DNA of 63,976 nucleotides, the filler included, from Chrysochromulina tobinii (taxonomy: Eukaryota): assembly GCA_001275005.1 (NCBI GenBank). It is 9 parts of 9 records of this genome, joined end to end, with 100 filler letters (N's around TTAATTAATTAA, not from the genome) between each part and the next. Parts side by side here need not be neighbours in the genome. Positions count along the whole stretch, not along the records: positions 1 to 8,476 come from JWZX01000141.1; positions 8,577 to 16,706 come from JWZX01000142.1; 7 more parts are not named here. One strand, written 5' to 3'. The position numbers were made by a program, and so were the translations under genes. Positions 1 to 13,052 of the stretch are shown here, piece after piece. Under the pieces are notes generated by a model. That model searched no databases and was not told the origin of the DNA. It saw only the letters and a program-made list of their open reading frames with translations. The stretch's first letter is position 1. Each line of letters opens with the position of its first letter.

Positions 1-310
1 CTCTCGCGCCGCCGCCTCCCGCGCCGCCGCCTCCCGCGCCGCCGCCTCTCGCGCCGCCGCCTCCCGCGATGTCGCCGCCGCCTCCCGCGCCGCCACCTCT
101 CGCGCCGCCGCCTCCTTCGCCGCCGCCTCCCTGACTGCCGCCTCTCTATCCAAGAGCTCTCTTTCGCTCGCCTTCCTCAGAACCGCCTCCCTCGCCGCTG
201 CTTCGGCCGCCACCGCCTCCCGCGCCGCCGCCTCCCGTGCCGCCGCCTCCCACGCCGCCGCCTCTCGCGCCGCCGCCTCCTTCGCCGCCGCCTCCCTCGC
301 CGCCGCCTCG
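1..310 (-). repeat. 15-nt coding tandem repeat encoding (EAAAR/K)n
   Basis: Degenerate units of ctcccgcgccgccgc on +, reading GAG GCG GCG GCG CGG on -. Confidence 0.9.
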
Positions 311-1121
311 GCTGCTGCCTGTCGCGCGGCCTCTTCGGCGCGCTGTTGCGCCGCACGTGCCTGCTGCTCCGCCCTTTCTCGGGTCCGCCGCTCCGCCTGT
401 GCCTGCTGCTCCGCCCTCTCTCGGGTCCGCCGCTCCGCCTGTGCCTGCTGCTCCGCCCTCTCTCGGGTCCGCCGCTCTGCCTCAAGCTGCGCCTTGTGCT
501 CCGCGCTCTGTCGCGCGTGCTCCTGGGCGGATCGGCCCGCCTGCTCGGCAGCCAGTCTGCGCAGCTGCTCGACCTCGCTCATGGCCGCCTCGCGCCGTGC
601 CGCCTCGGCACGTCGGAGTGCCTCGAGCTCCGCCGCCAAGGTCGCCCGCGCCGCCTCCGCGGCAGCTTGCTCGGCGAGCGCTGCCGCGGCGCGCACCTGA
701 TACGCTTCCACCTCCTTCGCCATCTGCGCCTTCGAGCTCGAGTGCTGTGCCGCGGCGACCGCCGAGGTCTCGGCCATCGCCTTCGCCTCCGCTCGAGCAG
801 CCAAGGCAGCTTGCTCGGCGGCCACTGCCTTGGCTGCCGCCGCCTCGGCTATGGCCTTCTCCTTGGCGAGTGCACGCTCGAAAGCAGCGGCCGCCTCTGC
901 ACGTACTAGCTCCGCTGTCGTGGCGGACTGACGCCGCACATCCTCGATCGCCGCGGAGGTCGTCCGCTGCGCCTCCGCTTGCACCTCCAAAACAGCGCGC
1001 TGAGCCGCCTCGAGCGCCGTACCGAGCGCCGCCTGCGACTGCGCCTCCGCCGTGCGCATCGCCGCCTCCGCCACCGCCGCGCGCTCCGAAGCCGCCGCCG
1101 CCGCCGCCTCAGCTGCTGCCA

Positions 1122-1166
<45 letters not shown>

Positions 1167-4100
1167 GCTGCTGCTGCTGCTGCCACTCCTGCTGGGCACG
1201 TCCCTGCTCTGCGAGTGCGACCCTCCGGGCCTCGTCAGCGGCTGCGTGTTCGCGTGCGGCCTCGGCCGCTGCCTCGGCCGCTGCCGCCTTGGCCGCCGCG
1301 GCCGCCTCCGCCTGCGCCCGCGCAGCCATCTCAACCTGTGCACGCGCGGCCACCTCCGCCTCCAAGCGCGCCATAGCCTTGGCCGCCTGCGCCTTGGCAT
1401 CCGCCTCGGCAACCATGGCCGCCTGTGCCTCCGCCTCCGCCGCCTCCCTTAGCGCCGCCTCCAGTTCCGCCTCCTTCTTGGCCTCAAGCTCAGCGGCCGC
1501 GAGCTTCGCCGCCGCCGCGGCCTCTGCCTCGCGCAGCGCCGCCGCCACCGCTGCCTCGACGGCAGCGCGCGTCGCCTGTGCCTGCGCCTGCGCCTGCGCC
1601 TGCGCCTGCGCCTGCGCCTGCGCCACCGCAGCGATGCGCGCCATCACGGCCTCCTTCTCCGCCGCCGCTGCTACCGCCTCCCACTCCGCATTCCGCTGGG
1701 CGGCCGCCTCGGCGGCGGCCGCAAGCTCATCCGCCTGCGCGCTCACCGCTGAAGCCACGGCCTCTGCGGACTGCGCCGACCGCCCCGCTGTCTCTTGGAG
1801 CTCTGCCGCCTCAGCTCGAGCCGCCTCGGCCGCAGCAGCCGCTGCTCGCATCTCGTCGAGCAGCTGCAGCAACTCGAGGCGCTCGCATTCGAGGCGCCAA
1901 AGCTCATTCGCTCGGTCGCAGAGTCGCCGCCATGCTGCCCAGGCGAGACGCTGGCCGAGCTCGAGCCGACGAGATTCATCCGCACGGAACTGGGCCGCCG
2001 CATCGTCAGCGAGCACGAAGAGCATCTCCAATGCGCGCCGCTGCGCCGCCCACGTGCACAGCCGCTGCCAGCCCGATCGGAGCGAGGCGCGGCGGGAGTG
2101 TGTCAGAGTGCGGAAGGTGACATCGGAAGCCGCCACCGCCGCCTCTGACGCGGCCGCTACGCACCGCCACACACGACGCACAAGGAAGAGTGACGCGACT
2201 CCGTGGACCATTGTACAAAGCGCTCGCACGTCGCTCGCCACTCGCAGGGCCACCAGTACCCGCCGCAGCTGCCGCTGCGTGTGGCTACCCGCCAAGGCGG
2301 CGGCCAACGCGTCCCGGTGGGCACTGTACACGGCAACGCGGCGGAGGCGTCGAGCCGACGCTCGCCATGTGAGCAAGCCACGACGGAGAGCGATGGCGCA
2401 CCGCTGGGCCGCCCACTGGCACAGCCGCTGCCAGCCCGATCGGAGCGAGGCGCGACGGAAGTGCAAGAGAGTACGCAAGGTATAATCCCTGCCGAACTCA
2501 TCCACCGCCACTGGCGCCTTAGAGGCGGCAACCACGCATCGCCACACACGGCGTGCGAGGTAGAGAAAGGCGATCTGGTGGCTCAACTCCTGCAGGGCTC
2601 GCGCATCCGCCGCTGCCCGCAGCGCCACCGTCGCGCGCCGCAGCTGCGCATCGTCCCGGCGGTGTCGCATCATGCAAATGAGCGCCGTGTGCTGCCCCAG
2701 CTCTAATGCACGGCCGCCGGCTGCCCGCAGCGCCACCGTCGCGCGCCGCAGCTGCGCATCGTCCCGGCGGTGTCGCATCATGCAAATGAGCGCCGTGTGC
2801 TGCCCCAGCACTACTGCGCGGCCGGCGTGGCCCACCGCCGCGCGCTGCCACACGGCGACGGCATGAAGAGCGAACAGTGCGCCCATGTGCCGCACGGCGC
2901 GTCGCGCGTGTCGAGCCACCTGGCACTCGAACCACCAGCGGCCGCGGCAGACGCTCTGAAGCGAACGGCGGCGCGCATGCATCGAGGCATTCTGCCGGAG
3001 AGTCGCCGCACGCTCTCGCTCGGCTGCGTCAGCGCGTACAGCATGAAAGGCGCCCGCAAGGGCGCGAATGCGGTAGTGTATCGCACTGCTGGCGAGGAGG
3101 CGGGTGCGTGCGCGAGCCGCGTTGGCGAGGGCGTGCAGCGCGAGGCGCAGCGCACGACGAGCAACTGGCTCGATGGTGGCCTCGCCTAGAGCCGCCGCCA
3201 CCTGTCGTGCCCGCTGCAGCGTCTGCCGTCCCTTGAGCGCTCTTGCCGCCCATCGCCAGCGCACAAGGCACCGACGCAGCCGAGGCGGTAGCCGCGCCGC
3301 CCGTGCGCCCATCCGCTCCACAGCTGCCAGGTGCCGCCACGTCGACAGCGCCGTCGTAAGGGCTGCAGGCCGCCGCACGGCGATGGCGGCGGTGCATACA
3401 ACGGGCTTGGCGGCGGCGGCATGTCTGTTCCACCGACGCCATTGCCAGCGAAGACGGCCGAGCCCGCTGAGACGTGCAAGGTGCTGCTCTCGTGCCACCA
3501 CGTCGCGACGATGCCACCAGAGCGCGAGCGTGCCACATAGCGCGGCCACCCGACGCGAGAGCGCGTGCGCCGCCGCCAAACGTGCAAACAGCGCGCCGCT
3601 CTGCTGCCGCTCGTGGAAGCGCGCCCGCCAAGCGCGCCAGCCCTGCCGCCGACCCCATCGAGCACGTATGCGCCACGCGCGCAGAGCCAGCTGCGAGCGC
3701 GGCCAGCGCGCGAGCAGCGCCCCACCGACACGCCTCCAGTGGCGCAGCGCGCATTGGACGGCGTGGCGTGCGAGCAGTGGCGCACGCATCGATCTCGCCA
3801 TCGATCTCGCCCGAGCCGCCGAAGCCATCTCCGTGGCAGGCGGTGCGGCTGCGGGCGCGGGAGTTGCTGCCGCAGCCGCGTCGGTGTTCAGCGCCGCCGT
3901 GCTCGTCACCAGAGCTTCGAGGGTCTCTCGGTCCGCTCCCTCTGGTGCATCGACTCCACTTTCACGCAGTGCCGCGCGAAGCTGCGCCGTTGTCATGTGG
4001 CGAGCGCGCTGCACCGGCGCCGAGAGGGTGCTGTTCGATGTCCGAAGCGAGCTCGGGCTCCCAGATGTCCGAAGCGAGCTGGGGCTCCCAGATGTCCGAA

Positions 4101-7100
4101 GCGAGCTGGTGCAGCTGGCACTGAGGAGGCTCGGCAAGCTTGAAGTGAGGCTTGTGCTACTCGAAGTGAGGCTCGGCAAGCTGGACACGACGCTGCTCCG
4201 GCCGCTGCCGCGGCTGCTGCGCTGCTGCGCGTGCGCATGGGTCCACCATCGCTGCATCGCCGTATGCAGCGCGACTGCACGGGCAAGTCGCACACTGCCC
4301 TTGACCTCAACGGCCCGAACGCGCTCCCGCCGCCAGCGCGCGAGGGCCGCGAGGCACTGACGGGCGCTGGCCAGCTGAGCCGCAGTGGCCCACATGGAGC
4401 GTGTATGCGCGAGGTCGTGCCAGCGCCCAAGGGCACACGCGCGCGACCAGCCGCGCCGGTGCGCGCTCGCAACGCTGCGCAGGAAGCGCTGCCGACCCAA
4501 CTCGCACGTCAGCCGGCCGAAGGCTGCGGCAAGGATGCGAGCGACGCCAACGGCGCAGCCAGCGTGCATCAGGCCAGCCGCGGCCCGCGCATGGCGCTGG
4601 TGGCTCTCACGCCAGCTGTGAAGGCTCTCACGCCAGCTGTGAAGGGCGGCCTGGAGGTTGAGAGCGATGCCAACGTCGCGGCCGGCAAGCAGCAGACCCG
4701 CCGCCGCCGCCTCGCGTATACGCGCCTCGCTCCAGCGCGCCCACGTCGCACCGAGCGCCATGGCCTCTGCGAGTAGCACGGCAGCGATCCAACGGCGGCT
4801 CGGCCAGCGGCGCCAGGCGCGCCGGTAGTCAACGAGCCTCTGCTGCTCGAGAAAGGCAGCTGCCGCGCGGAGCAGTGCTCTCGACGAGCTGTTCAGCAGC
4901 GTCCAGCTGACCCACAATCGCAGGGCGAGCTCCGATAGGGCCCGCACTGCGAGCCCAGACAGCTGGCGCTGCGCCAGGGCGAGCATGGCCACGGACGCGA
5001 GGCCGCGCAGCCAACGCTGCCAGCCGTGCTGCACGCACACGCCCAGTGCCAGCTGGTGCAGCGAAACGCTCAGCACTTGCGCTGCCGCCGCCGCAATTAG
5101 AGCGGTCAACCCGCGGGCGGTGCGATGATGTGCCGCGCACTCGTCGGCGCGGGCGCGCGCGGCGTGCGCGAGCCAGCGCTGCAGCCGCCGTTCGCCGACC
5201 GCCGCGGACCATCGACGAAGCGCGCTGATGAGGGTCGCGTGAGGCCAGTGCACGGTGGCTGCTCGCAGGACGCGCTGGCGCAAGAGCCGATTGCGCACAT
5301 GCTGCGCCCACCGGCACAACGCACGCCGCAACACTGTCAGATGAGGCTCGAGCGCCTCTGCCCACTCAATCGGCGACATTAACATCTGCGTCCGCGAAGC
5401 CGCCAACTGAATGAGCTGTTCCCACGACGCCTCGTACGGCGGCGCGTGCGTCGTCGTCGGCGGCAACGGTGCAAGGCTCTGTGACGCGGAGGGTGAGGGC
5501 ACGGGCGTCTGAACCGTCGAGCCGTCGTAATTAGCCGCATCTGAATCGGCATCTGAGCCGGAGACCTCGGACGCGACACGAGAGAAGCCCGCATGCACGA
5601 CGGCGCCAGCCTGGGCGAGCTGCGTCAAAGCTTCCCACTGAGACTGGAAATTGCCATGCATGCCGACGGGCGCGCCAATGGCGGTAGGGCCGAGGGGAGA
5701 CCCCGCGGCTGCCTCTGCTGGCGGTCGCGCAGGCTCGCCTTCGCGAAGCCCATCGGGGCCCATGCCATGGCCATCGGCACTCGGGCCGTTGCCATCGGCC
5801 ACGCTCGCGTTGGCGAAAGGCGCGACGTACATCCACGAAGGCATCGAGCGCTCTTCGTACTCCCAGAGTGAGGAGGAGAGCGCGGCGGAGAGGGAGGGCA
5901 TGCGTGGTGACGTGGCTGGTGACGTGGCTGATAGCGTGGCTGGTGACGTGACTGGCTCGTCGTAGGCTGGCCCTCCGAAGTCCAGAGCGCCAATTTCATC
6001 TGTTTCGGCTGGCCCTCCGAAGTCCAGAGCGCCAATTTCATCTGTTTCGGCTGGCCCTCCGAAGTCCAGCGGCCAGATGGCCCTCCGAAGACGTGCAGGT
6101 TGGCCTAATATGGAAGGACGAGCAGGGTTGCCTCCCTGAGCCAACGCTGGCTCGGACGCTACCGCCTCTCTCACTGGCGGAGCGTCCGCTGCCCTTGGTG
6201 CCAGCTCCGATGCTGCCTCCGATGCTGCCTCCGATGCTGCCTCCGATGCTGCCTCCGATGCCGCCACCGCCGCCCTGTCCTCGCCCTCGTCCACTGACTT
6301 CGTGCCAAAATCGAGGGTGATGAGGCACTCCAGCGAGTGCCCCGAGGTGGGTGTCGCCGCGAGCCTCACGCTCGGCAAGTAGCTGCTCGGCGTGGTCGCG
6401 AGCGCTCCTACGGTGGACGCGGAGCGTACAGCGGCCGACGGCGTCGCATCTGGCGCTGGCGACGGCGTCGAGGGCGGCGACGAGGGCAGCTGCCGCAGGA
6501 GCGCCTCATCTGAGAAACCTGGCAAGCTTGGCGCCTCGTCAGGTAAGCTCGATAAGCTCGGCACGCTGGATAAGCTGGCGGCAGATGCAGGGCGAAGGAT
6601 CCGAGCTGCAGGCGGCGGCGTCGGCGCATCTGAAGATCTCACGCCGTGCAAAATCTCTGGCGACATCGGCGGTGGTGGCGGCGCAGGTGGCGAGGCGGCC
6701 GCGCTCTCCTGGCAGCCAGAGTACACGCATCGCGAGCGTGCCGCCGGAAGCATCTTCACCGACGAGCGCGAGAGCGGTGACAGCAGCAGCGCCGCCGATG
6801 AGCGCCCTGGCGAGCGCGATGGCGACGCTGGTGGCTCCTCCTCCACTGCGGCTGCAGACGCCGTCTCGGGCTCCTCTTCGGATTCGTCAACCTCCTCCAT
6901 TGCGGCTGCAGACGCCGTCTCGGGCTCCTCTTCGAATTCGTCAACCTCCTCCATTGCCGCGAGGTACGAGGAGCGCTTCGTGCCCGGCGCGAGCACCACC
7001 GAGGTATCGAGCTGATCTCCCGCATCGAGCTCCATCTCGAGGGCCTTCGCCTTCTTTCGCGCCGCACGCTCACGTTGCTCCGCTTCGAACTCGCTGATGC

Positions 7101-8476
7101 GCTGTGAGAAGGGGGTGGTCGGAGGCACTCAGAGGCACTCAGAGGCACTCAGAGGCACTCAGAGGCACTCAGAGGCACTCAGAGGCACTCAGAGGCACTC
7201 AAAGGCACTCAGAGGCACTCAGAGGCACTCAGAGGCACTCAGAGGCACTCGGACCTGTAGGAATCGTCCCTCGCGCATTTGACCTCTGAGCTGATGATAC
7301 TGGTCGCGCACCTCGCGCAGCTCGCGCATCATCGGAGGTGTGCACCCCTGGGCGGCGGGATCAAGCGCGTTGTCTCGCTGGAGCGCCACGGCCGCGGAGA
7401 GTTTGGGCGGCAGTAGCGGCGTGGTCAGCAGCACGGCGCGCAGAAGGCGCTCGGCGGACGGGATGCCCCGACCGTCAGCGTCAATGAGGGAGGCTTGCAC
7501 GAGTGCCCGCTCACCTGAGGACAGAGCCACTCAAAGGAATTCAGCGGCGCTCAGACGCCATCAGGCGCCATCAGGTGCCATCAGGTGCCATCAGGTGCCA
7601 TCAGGTGCCATCAGGTGTCATCAGGTGTCATCAGGTGTCATCAGGTGTCATCGCTCACCTTCCCGCAAGACTACCGGGTGTCTCACGCGCAGCGCACGGA
7701 TGGCCCACGGCTGATCGCCGCGCAAATGGACTCCCCACAGCGGCAATTCCACAGCGAGCCCGGCGGCACACCTGCCATGAGACGCCATCGAACGCAATCA
7801 GAGGCCATCAGTCGCCATCAGTCGCCATCAGACGCCATCACACGCCATGAGACGCCATCGAACGCAATCAGAGGCCATCAGAGCGTTCCACAGCGAGGCA
7901 CGCCCTCAAACTCAAACCCCATCAAACCCCCTCAAAGGCCATCACACGCCATCACACGCCATCACACGCCATCACACGCCATTAGACGCCATCAGACGCC
8001 ATCAGACGCCATCAAACCCCCTCAAAGGCCATCACATGCCATCACACGCCATCAGACGCCATCAGACGCCATCAGATGCCATCAAACCCCCTCAAAGGAC
8101 ATCACACGCCGTCAAACGCTATCAGAGGCACACCCGACGATCGCGCGTACAGAATTGCCACTCGCCGCCACCACCGAGCCAAACGGGATGAACGACGAGC
8201 CCTCGCCGAATGCAGCCTCCGCGTCGTCCTGGGCGTCCTCATCGACCTCCGCATAGCTCGCCGCTGCGCCGCGCGCGCGCCGGGCCATCCCACCGGCCGC
8301 CCCGCCCGCCGCGCTGCCGCCGCACCCGGCCGCCGGTGCACTCGTCGCTTCCCATCGCCGAGGCCACAACGGTCTGGCCGAGAGCGCATGCGGTAGGCAC
8401 ATGGCCATTCGGAAGCCATTGGTGGGCTCGACGATCATGTTACGGTCCGCGAGCAGAAGCAGCACAAGCTCCTTGA
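1..8476 (-). CDS. Giant Sfi1-like (Trp-repeat, putative centrin-binding) and coiled-coil protein; partial at both ends
   Basis: Exons (minus) 8476-8134, 7771-7659, 7514-7255, 7101-1 join in frame through GT-AG introns. The last exon has no stop in the frame of codons 3k+1..3k+3 (about 2367 aa) and runs off the window. It carries many L/A-x-x-W-R motifs (LRRCLVRWRW, LTTALSTWRH, RQGWRAWRAR, ALRHWRR), then Ala/Glu coiled coil, poly-Q and (EAAAR)n. The Sfi1 assignment rests on motif resemblance only. Confidence 0.75.
7102..7254 (-). repeat. Intron filled with (GAGTGCCTCT)n, about 13 copies
   Basis: CAG|GTCCGAGTG donor and CTCACAG acceptor; removal restores the frame (FLQ|RISEFE). Confidence 0.85.
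7515..7658 (-). repeat. Intron filled with 10-mer (TGGCACCTGA/TGACACCTGA)n; AG|GTGAGCG at both junctions
   Basis: GGAAG|GTGAGCGatg ... ctcAG|GTGAGCGggc; phase-1 join. Confidence 0.8.
7772..8133 (-). repeat. Intron filled with (CGTCTGATGG/CGTGTGATGG)n; GTGTGCC at both junctions
   Basis: GTCGG|GTGTGCCtct ... ggcAG|GTGTGCCgcc; phase-2 join. Confidence 0.75.
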
Positions 8477-8576
8477 NNNNNNNNNNNNNNNNNNNNNNNN
8501 NNNNNNNNNNNNNNNNNNNNTTAATTAATTAANNNNNNNNNNNNNNNNNNNNNNNNNNNNNNNNNNNNNNNNNNNN
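8477..8576. other. Artificial contig spacer (same 100-nt linker at 16707-16806, 27984-28083, 30855-30954, 38337-38436, 52790-52889, 56049-56148, 62604-62703)
   Basis: N44 + TTAATTAATTAA (stops in all six frames) + N44, identical eight times. Confidence 0.99.
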
Positions 8577-11500
8577 CGATGGCAGCGGCGGGAGGCCCCT
8601 CGGGTCAAGCGGCATGCTCGCGTTGGTTTGCGCAGGGGACTGTGGAGTACTTTTGGTATCGGCTGCTACTCGCACTCGACTCACACGCCCTCGCTTCGCA
8701 CTTGCTTGCCGTGTGGGCGTCACGCCTGTGGGAGGCGGCGGGTGACCCAGCGGCGGCGGCGGGCGACCCTTCGTCGACGACGTCGTCGGGGTTGGCTGAG
8801 CTCGAGGTCGAGATCGAGATCGAGGACGCACGAGATCGCGAGCAATCAGTGATGCGCTGCTGCGTGCTCGCCAAGTTTGTAGGGCTCCTCCTCTTTGCCC
8901 CCGCGTGGGGTCAACCTGCCCACGCGTACGAGCGCTCCACCCACGCCACTGCCGCCGACGCCGCCTTCACCCCAAGGGGGCTCCGCCCCGATGCCCTCGT
9001 GCTCACGGCGGCACGTCGCGGCCGACTGGCGCTCTGCTTGCCCTGGCTGGTGCGCGCCGCCGAGCCACACCCCGTGCAACGGCAGCAGCACCGGCGTCGG
9101 CCCTGGCCTTAGCTCCGCGCATGCTCTTTTGCCCTCCCGTTGGCGGCAGTGGCTGGATGCATGCACAGCTCCGCCATGCTCCGTTGCCCTCCCCCGCGCC
9201 CTCCGCCAGGCTCACTCGCACGTGCTCGGTGCTCGTTTGGCAGAGTGGGCTGTTGCGTATGCTCGTAGACGACCCAAGCTCGCTGCGTCTACCAGTCTAC
9301 AAGGAGGCCGTGCGTGCCATCGGCTCCCTCGCAGGCTCACCTGCACTGCTTCCACTGCCCTCGCCCGACGACGCGCCCGATACGGCGCGCAACGAGGCGT
9401 CCGCCGCGGAGGCGCGTGTGCGCTTCGGCCTCAGCCTGATGGCGCAGGAGCTCATAGTCGCGTTCCGACTGCCGCACCCGCGCCCTCGGCACCAGCGACG
9501 CGCCCCCGGAGCGGGCGAGCCACAAACAAGGCAGGTATCACAAGCAAGGCAGTTTATCCGTGGAGCGAGCGAGCCCGCCGCAGCGGGAAAGGCCGCAGCC
9601 GTGACGGCGGTGGCAGAAGGGCTCGAGGCGGCAGAGGATGCGGAGGCGGCCGAGGAGCCCCTCCAGCTCCAGCTGACAGCTGAAACAGTCGCCACGCTAA
9701 GTGCGCTGCTCATCGACCGGCGGTGCGTTGGCATGGCTTGCCCTTCACTCGCCGAGCTGCGTGCGCTCCTCAAGCTCGTGGGCCAGCGGCGCACCTTTCG
9801 CGAGATGGTGCCTGCGCTCGGCGCTCCCGACACCGCCCTCGCCCCAAATAAGGCAGGCATCCCCGGCGGTTTCTCTGGTGTGAAGGCGCACGCGCCGCGC
9901 AAGATCACGCCTACGTGTACTGCCCAAGGAGCTACCGCGGCGGCGTCCGCATCATCCGCGCTGCTCGCCACCGCCGCCCCGGGCGGCTTCGGCGCTGGCT
10001 TCGGCGCTGGCGGCGGCGCAGGCGGTAGTCTAGGCGGCGGCTCCCCAGACTCTCCCGCCATCTCGCCCACGCTTGCTCGCATCCTCTCGAGCAGCCGGTG
10101 GCTGCCCGCATTCCCACAGCCCGACGGCACACCCTCCGCCCTCGGACCGAGTGCCGCTAGGGAGGCGACGCCGAGCGCAGGCCGCGCGTCGTACGGTGAG
10201 GTGAGCGCGGTCGAGCGGCTGCAGGAGCTGCAGCACGCGCCGTTTTGGCGCCAGCAGCGTGAGCTCTTTGGAGCGGTCAACGCGCTGCTCGAGCCGCTCG
10301 TGCAGACCGTATGCACCGACGCGACTCTCGCTCTCGCTCAACGGTTACCGAGCCTCGCCGTACGCCCTGGGTGCCTCCCTCCCTCACAGCGCGCACTGCT
10401 ACAGGCCGCCCTCACCGAGGCCCATGCGCACGCAGGCGCGCGCCTCGATACGGCGCTGCGCGCGCTGCTGCCGCGGGGCGCTCCCTCCGAGGTGGCGCTG
10501 CATGCGGCCTCGCAGCTGCTACCGCTTGTGCGCCTCTCGATCAGTCGGCTGCTACCGCTGCGTGCCGCCTCGCTGCTGGCCAAGATGCCGCCGGACAGCG
10601 CCGCACGCTCGCAATCTGCCCTGCCCAACGCCCACCCCTCCACACCGGCCTTGGCGGTCGCACCTCCCGTAAGCCGACGCGAACTCTTCTCATCGGGAGC
10701 CGAGACGGCGCCCGAGACGGCGCCCGAGACGGCGCCCGTGACGGCGCCCGTGCCGGATTGGGAGCCGGTGGCCGACGCGGAGTCCCCTGCTGGCCGCGGC
10801 CACGTGGCATTGGGCGCCACAGGTGCGGCGCCCACAGGTGCAGGGGACCGAGGGGTCCAAGGGGACCTAGGGGGCGGCAATGCGGTGGCAGCTGACTACC
10901 GCGCCGTGAGCCTTGCTGCCGCCACCGAGCGAGCATGTGCTCTGCTGCTGCCTGCCCCTCAAGCTGTGGGGACCGAAGCGGCGGAGGCGGCGGAGGGGGC
11001 GGAGGCGGCGGTGGCGGGGCCAGCCTATGCGGCCTATGCGGCCGAGGCCGCCGAGGCCGCCCGGGCGCTGCACGACTGCATCGAAGCGGATGAGGCGGCC
11101 AGTGCGGCGGCCGCATGGCCTTCGGTGCTCGCGGCTCCATTCCCATCCTCGCCTCTGCCCGCCCTCGCATCGCCTGCAGCGCTCATTGCTCCCGGCGTCC
11201 CTCCCGCACCACTCTGCTCGGCGATCGCGCTGCCCTCGAGCTGCACGCCCGCCCTCGCGGCCGCCCTCACCGCCGCATGCTACCTCGCCCTCCGCCGCGC
11301 CGTAGGCGAGTGGGCCGCCGCCACACAGGCCGCCGCCACACAGGCCGCCGCCACCCAGGCCGCCGCCACCCAGGCCGCCGCCACCCAGGCCGCCGCCACC
11401 CAGGCCGCCGCCGCCCAGGCTGCCGCCGCCCGGGCACGAGGGGCGGCCGCGTTCGCGCCTGGCGGGTGGCAGCATGCGATCGATGGTGGGAATGGCGTGG

Positions 11501-12003
11501 CGAGCTCGGTGGCATGCTCGTCCCCTTGGGCGTGCTCGTCCCCATGGCTGCGCATGCTGCGCGCGCTCTCGCGCATCGATTGTGAGGGACGGGCGGCGGC
11601 CGGGGGGTGGGCACGGCCCTCCCTCGGTGAGCGATTGGCGGCGTGCCTGCTGCGGGTGCACGTCGCTGCATCGGTGGGCACCAACGGCGCCTCGCGCGAC
11701 GAGGACGCGTGGCGAGGCGCGTGCTCGAGCGCACTCCATACGTTGGTCAGCGTGGGGTTGCTCGCGGGCGACGGGGCGGTTGCGACCGTCCACGTAGCTC
11801 TGCTCGATGCCGCTCCGGAAGCTGAGGCCGCGCTGCTCCGGCTGGCGACCGACCTGGTCGTGCATCGCGCGCTCGATGCCGTCCCCACGTCACGGCCGAC
11901 CGAGCGGCTGGCCATGTATGCCATCCGACGGGCCGAGGAGAGGGGCGAGGCGCCACTCCGCGAGCAGCTGCTTGATGCAATGGGGTGGCGCGCCCTTGGG
12001 TAA
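8577..12003 (+). CDS. CDAN1: Codanin-1 homolog, 5'-partial
   Basis: Exons 8577-9049 and 9244-12003. Motifs FWYRLLLALDSH..HL, VLAKFVGLLLF, GRLALCLPWL, CPSLAELRALL, RKITPT, LQHAPFWRQQ occur in the order I recall for codanin-1 (LAKFLG, VPWLV, CPYIGELRKLL, RKITPT). Confidence 0.8.
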
Positions 12004-13052
12004 GAGGGCCCCAGTGTGGGGTCAACAGGGGCCCCTCTGCGGTGGGGTTATAGAATGAAACGTAATGCGCAGGTCAGGACCGAACTAAGAACAGATATAG
12101 ATCTAGGTAATTGCTCATGCGCACAGGTATGAGGTAAAGCACAGGTAAGCGTCATAAAGACGCACAGTAGACGTCAGAGATGAATGTAAAAGGGGATGTG
12201 GCTGTACGGTCGGGTTGTCGCGCGAGCCGAGCTGCATGTGTATGCGGCCGGGGCGGTCTCGGTACACATGCCCATGCTTGGAGATCGCGAGGCTCATGCA
12301 GCTCCCCGGTTCTGACGTCCCTCTGCATCGTTAGGGAGGCGTGCCCACGCCGGCGTCGGTCGCCTCCCTCCTCTGCATCGTTAGGGAGGCGTGCCCACGC
12401 GGGCGTGGTTGCCTTCTTAAGGACGCGAGCTCAACATGGGCGGGTCGGCGATGTCACGTTGTGTATGTTGTATATACTACGTTGCTTACACTGTGTTACT
12501 CAATTCTCGGCAGCATGCACGGCCTTTCGCTTTTCACACCCTACACCACGCCGCCGGGAGACGCCTTGCACAGGTCTTACACGGAACTGGTCCCCCACTC
12601 GAGACCACACTGTCTGCACATTATGTGAGTCGCTTACTCGCCACGAAATCATGTGCTTGGCCGCCCGCGGTGCTGTAACAGTCCAGCCAGACCCATGCCC
12701 CCCACACTCTTGCCTGCGCCGCGCGAACGCGACGAGTCATCGAGACGAGTCATCGAGACGAGTCAGCCTCTGACCGCATGAACGCTCTGTTCGCCCCGCA
12801 GAGAACGACGGAGCGCGTCGCGCAGCGGCGCAACAGCTCAGCACTGGCGATCGCCGCCGATGACATGGAAGGCCTAGCGCCACTCAAGCCTGTGCCAGTC
12901 GAGCGCAGCACCAGCAGCAGCGGCGACAGCAGCGTGTTCGCGAGCATCGCCGAGGCGATCAGCAAGTACGACAAGCCACTGGTGCACCTCGAGGACGACG
13001 AGGATGGCTCTGCGGTGTGTGCCTCCTCTCGCCGAGCTGAGCTGCCCGCGAG

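Noticed and set aside
237..4776. Long + strand ORFs (237-1376, 1052-2485, 3104-4360 etc.)
   Set aside because: Antisense shadows of the minus-strand exon in GC-rich DNA; the same applies to most overlapping ORFs in the track.
8477..8576. Recurrent TTAATTAATTAA flanked by Ns
   Set aside because: Synthetic contig linker; the LIN endings in the ORF track come from it.
12320..12400. 31-nt direct repeat containing TTAGGG
   Set aside because: Only two copies with single TTAGGG; not telomeric, not an array; likely a local duplication.
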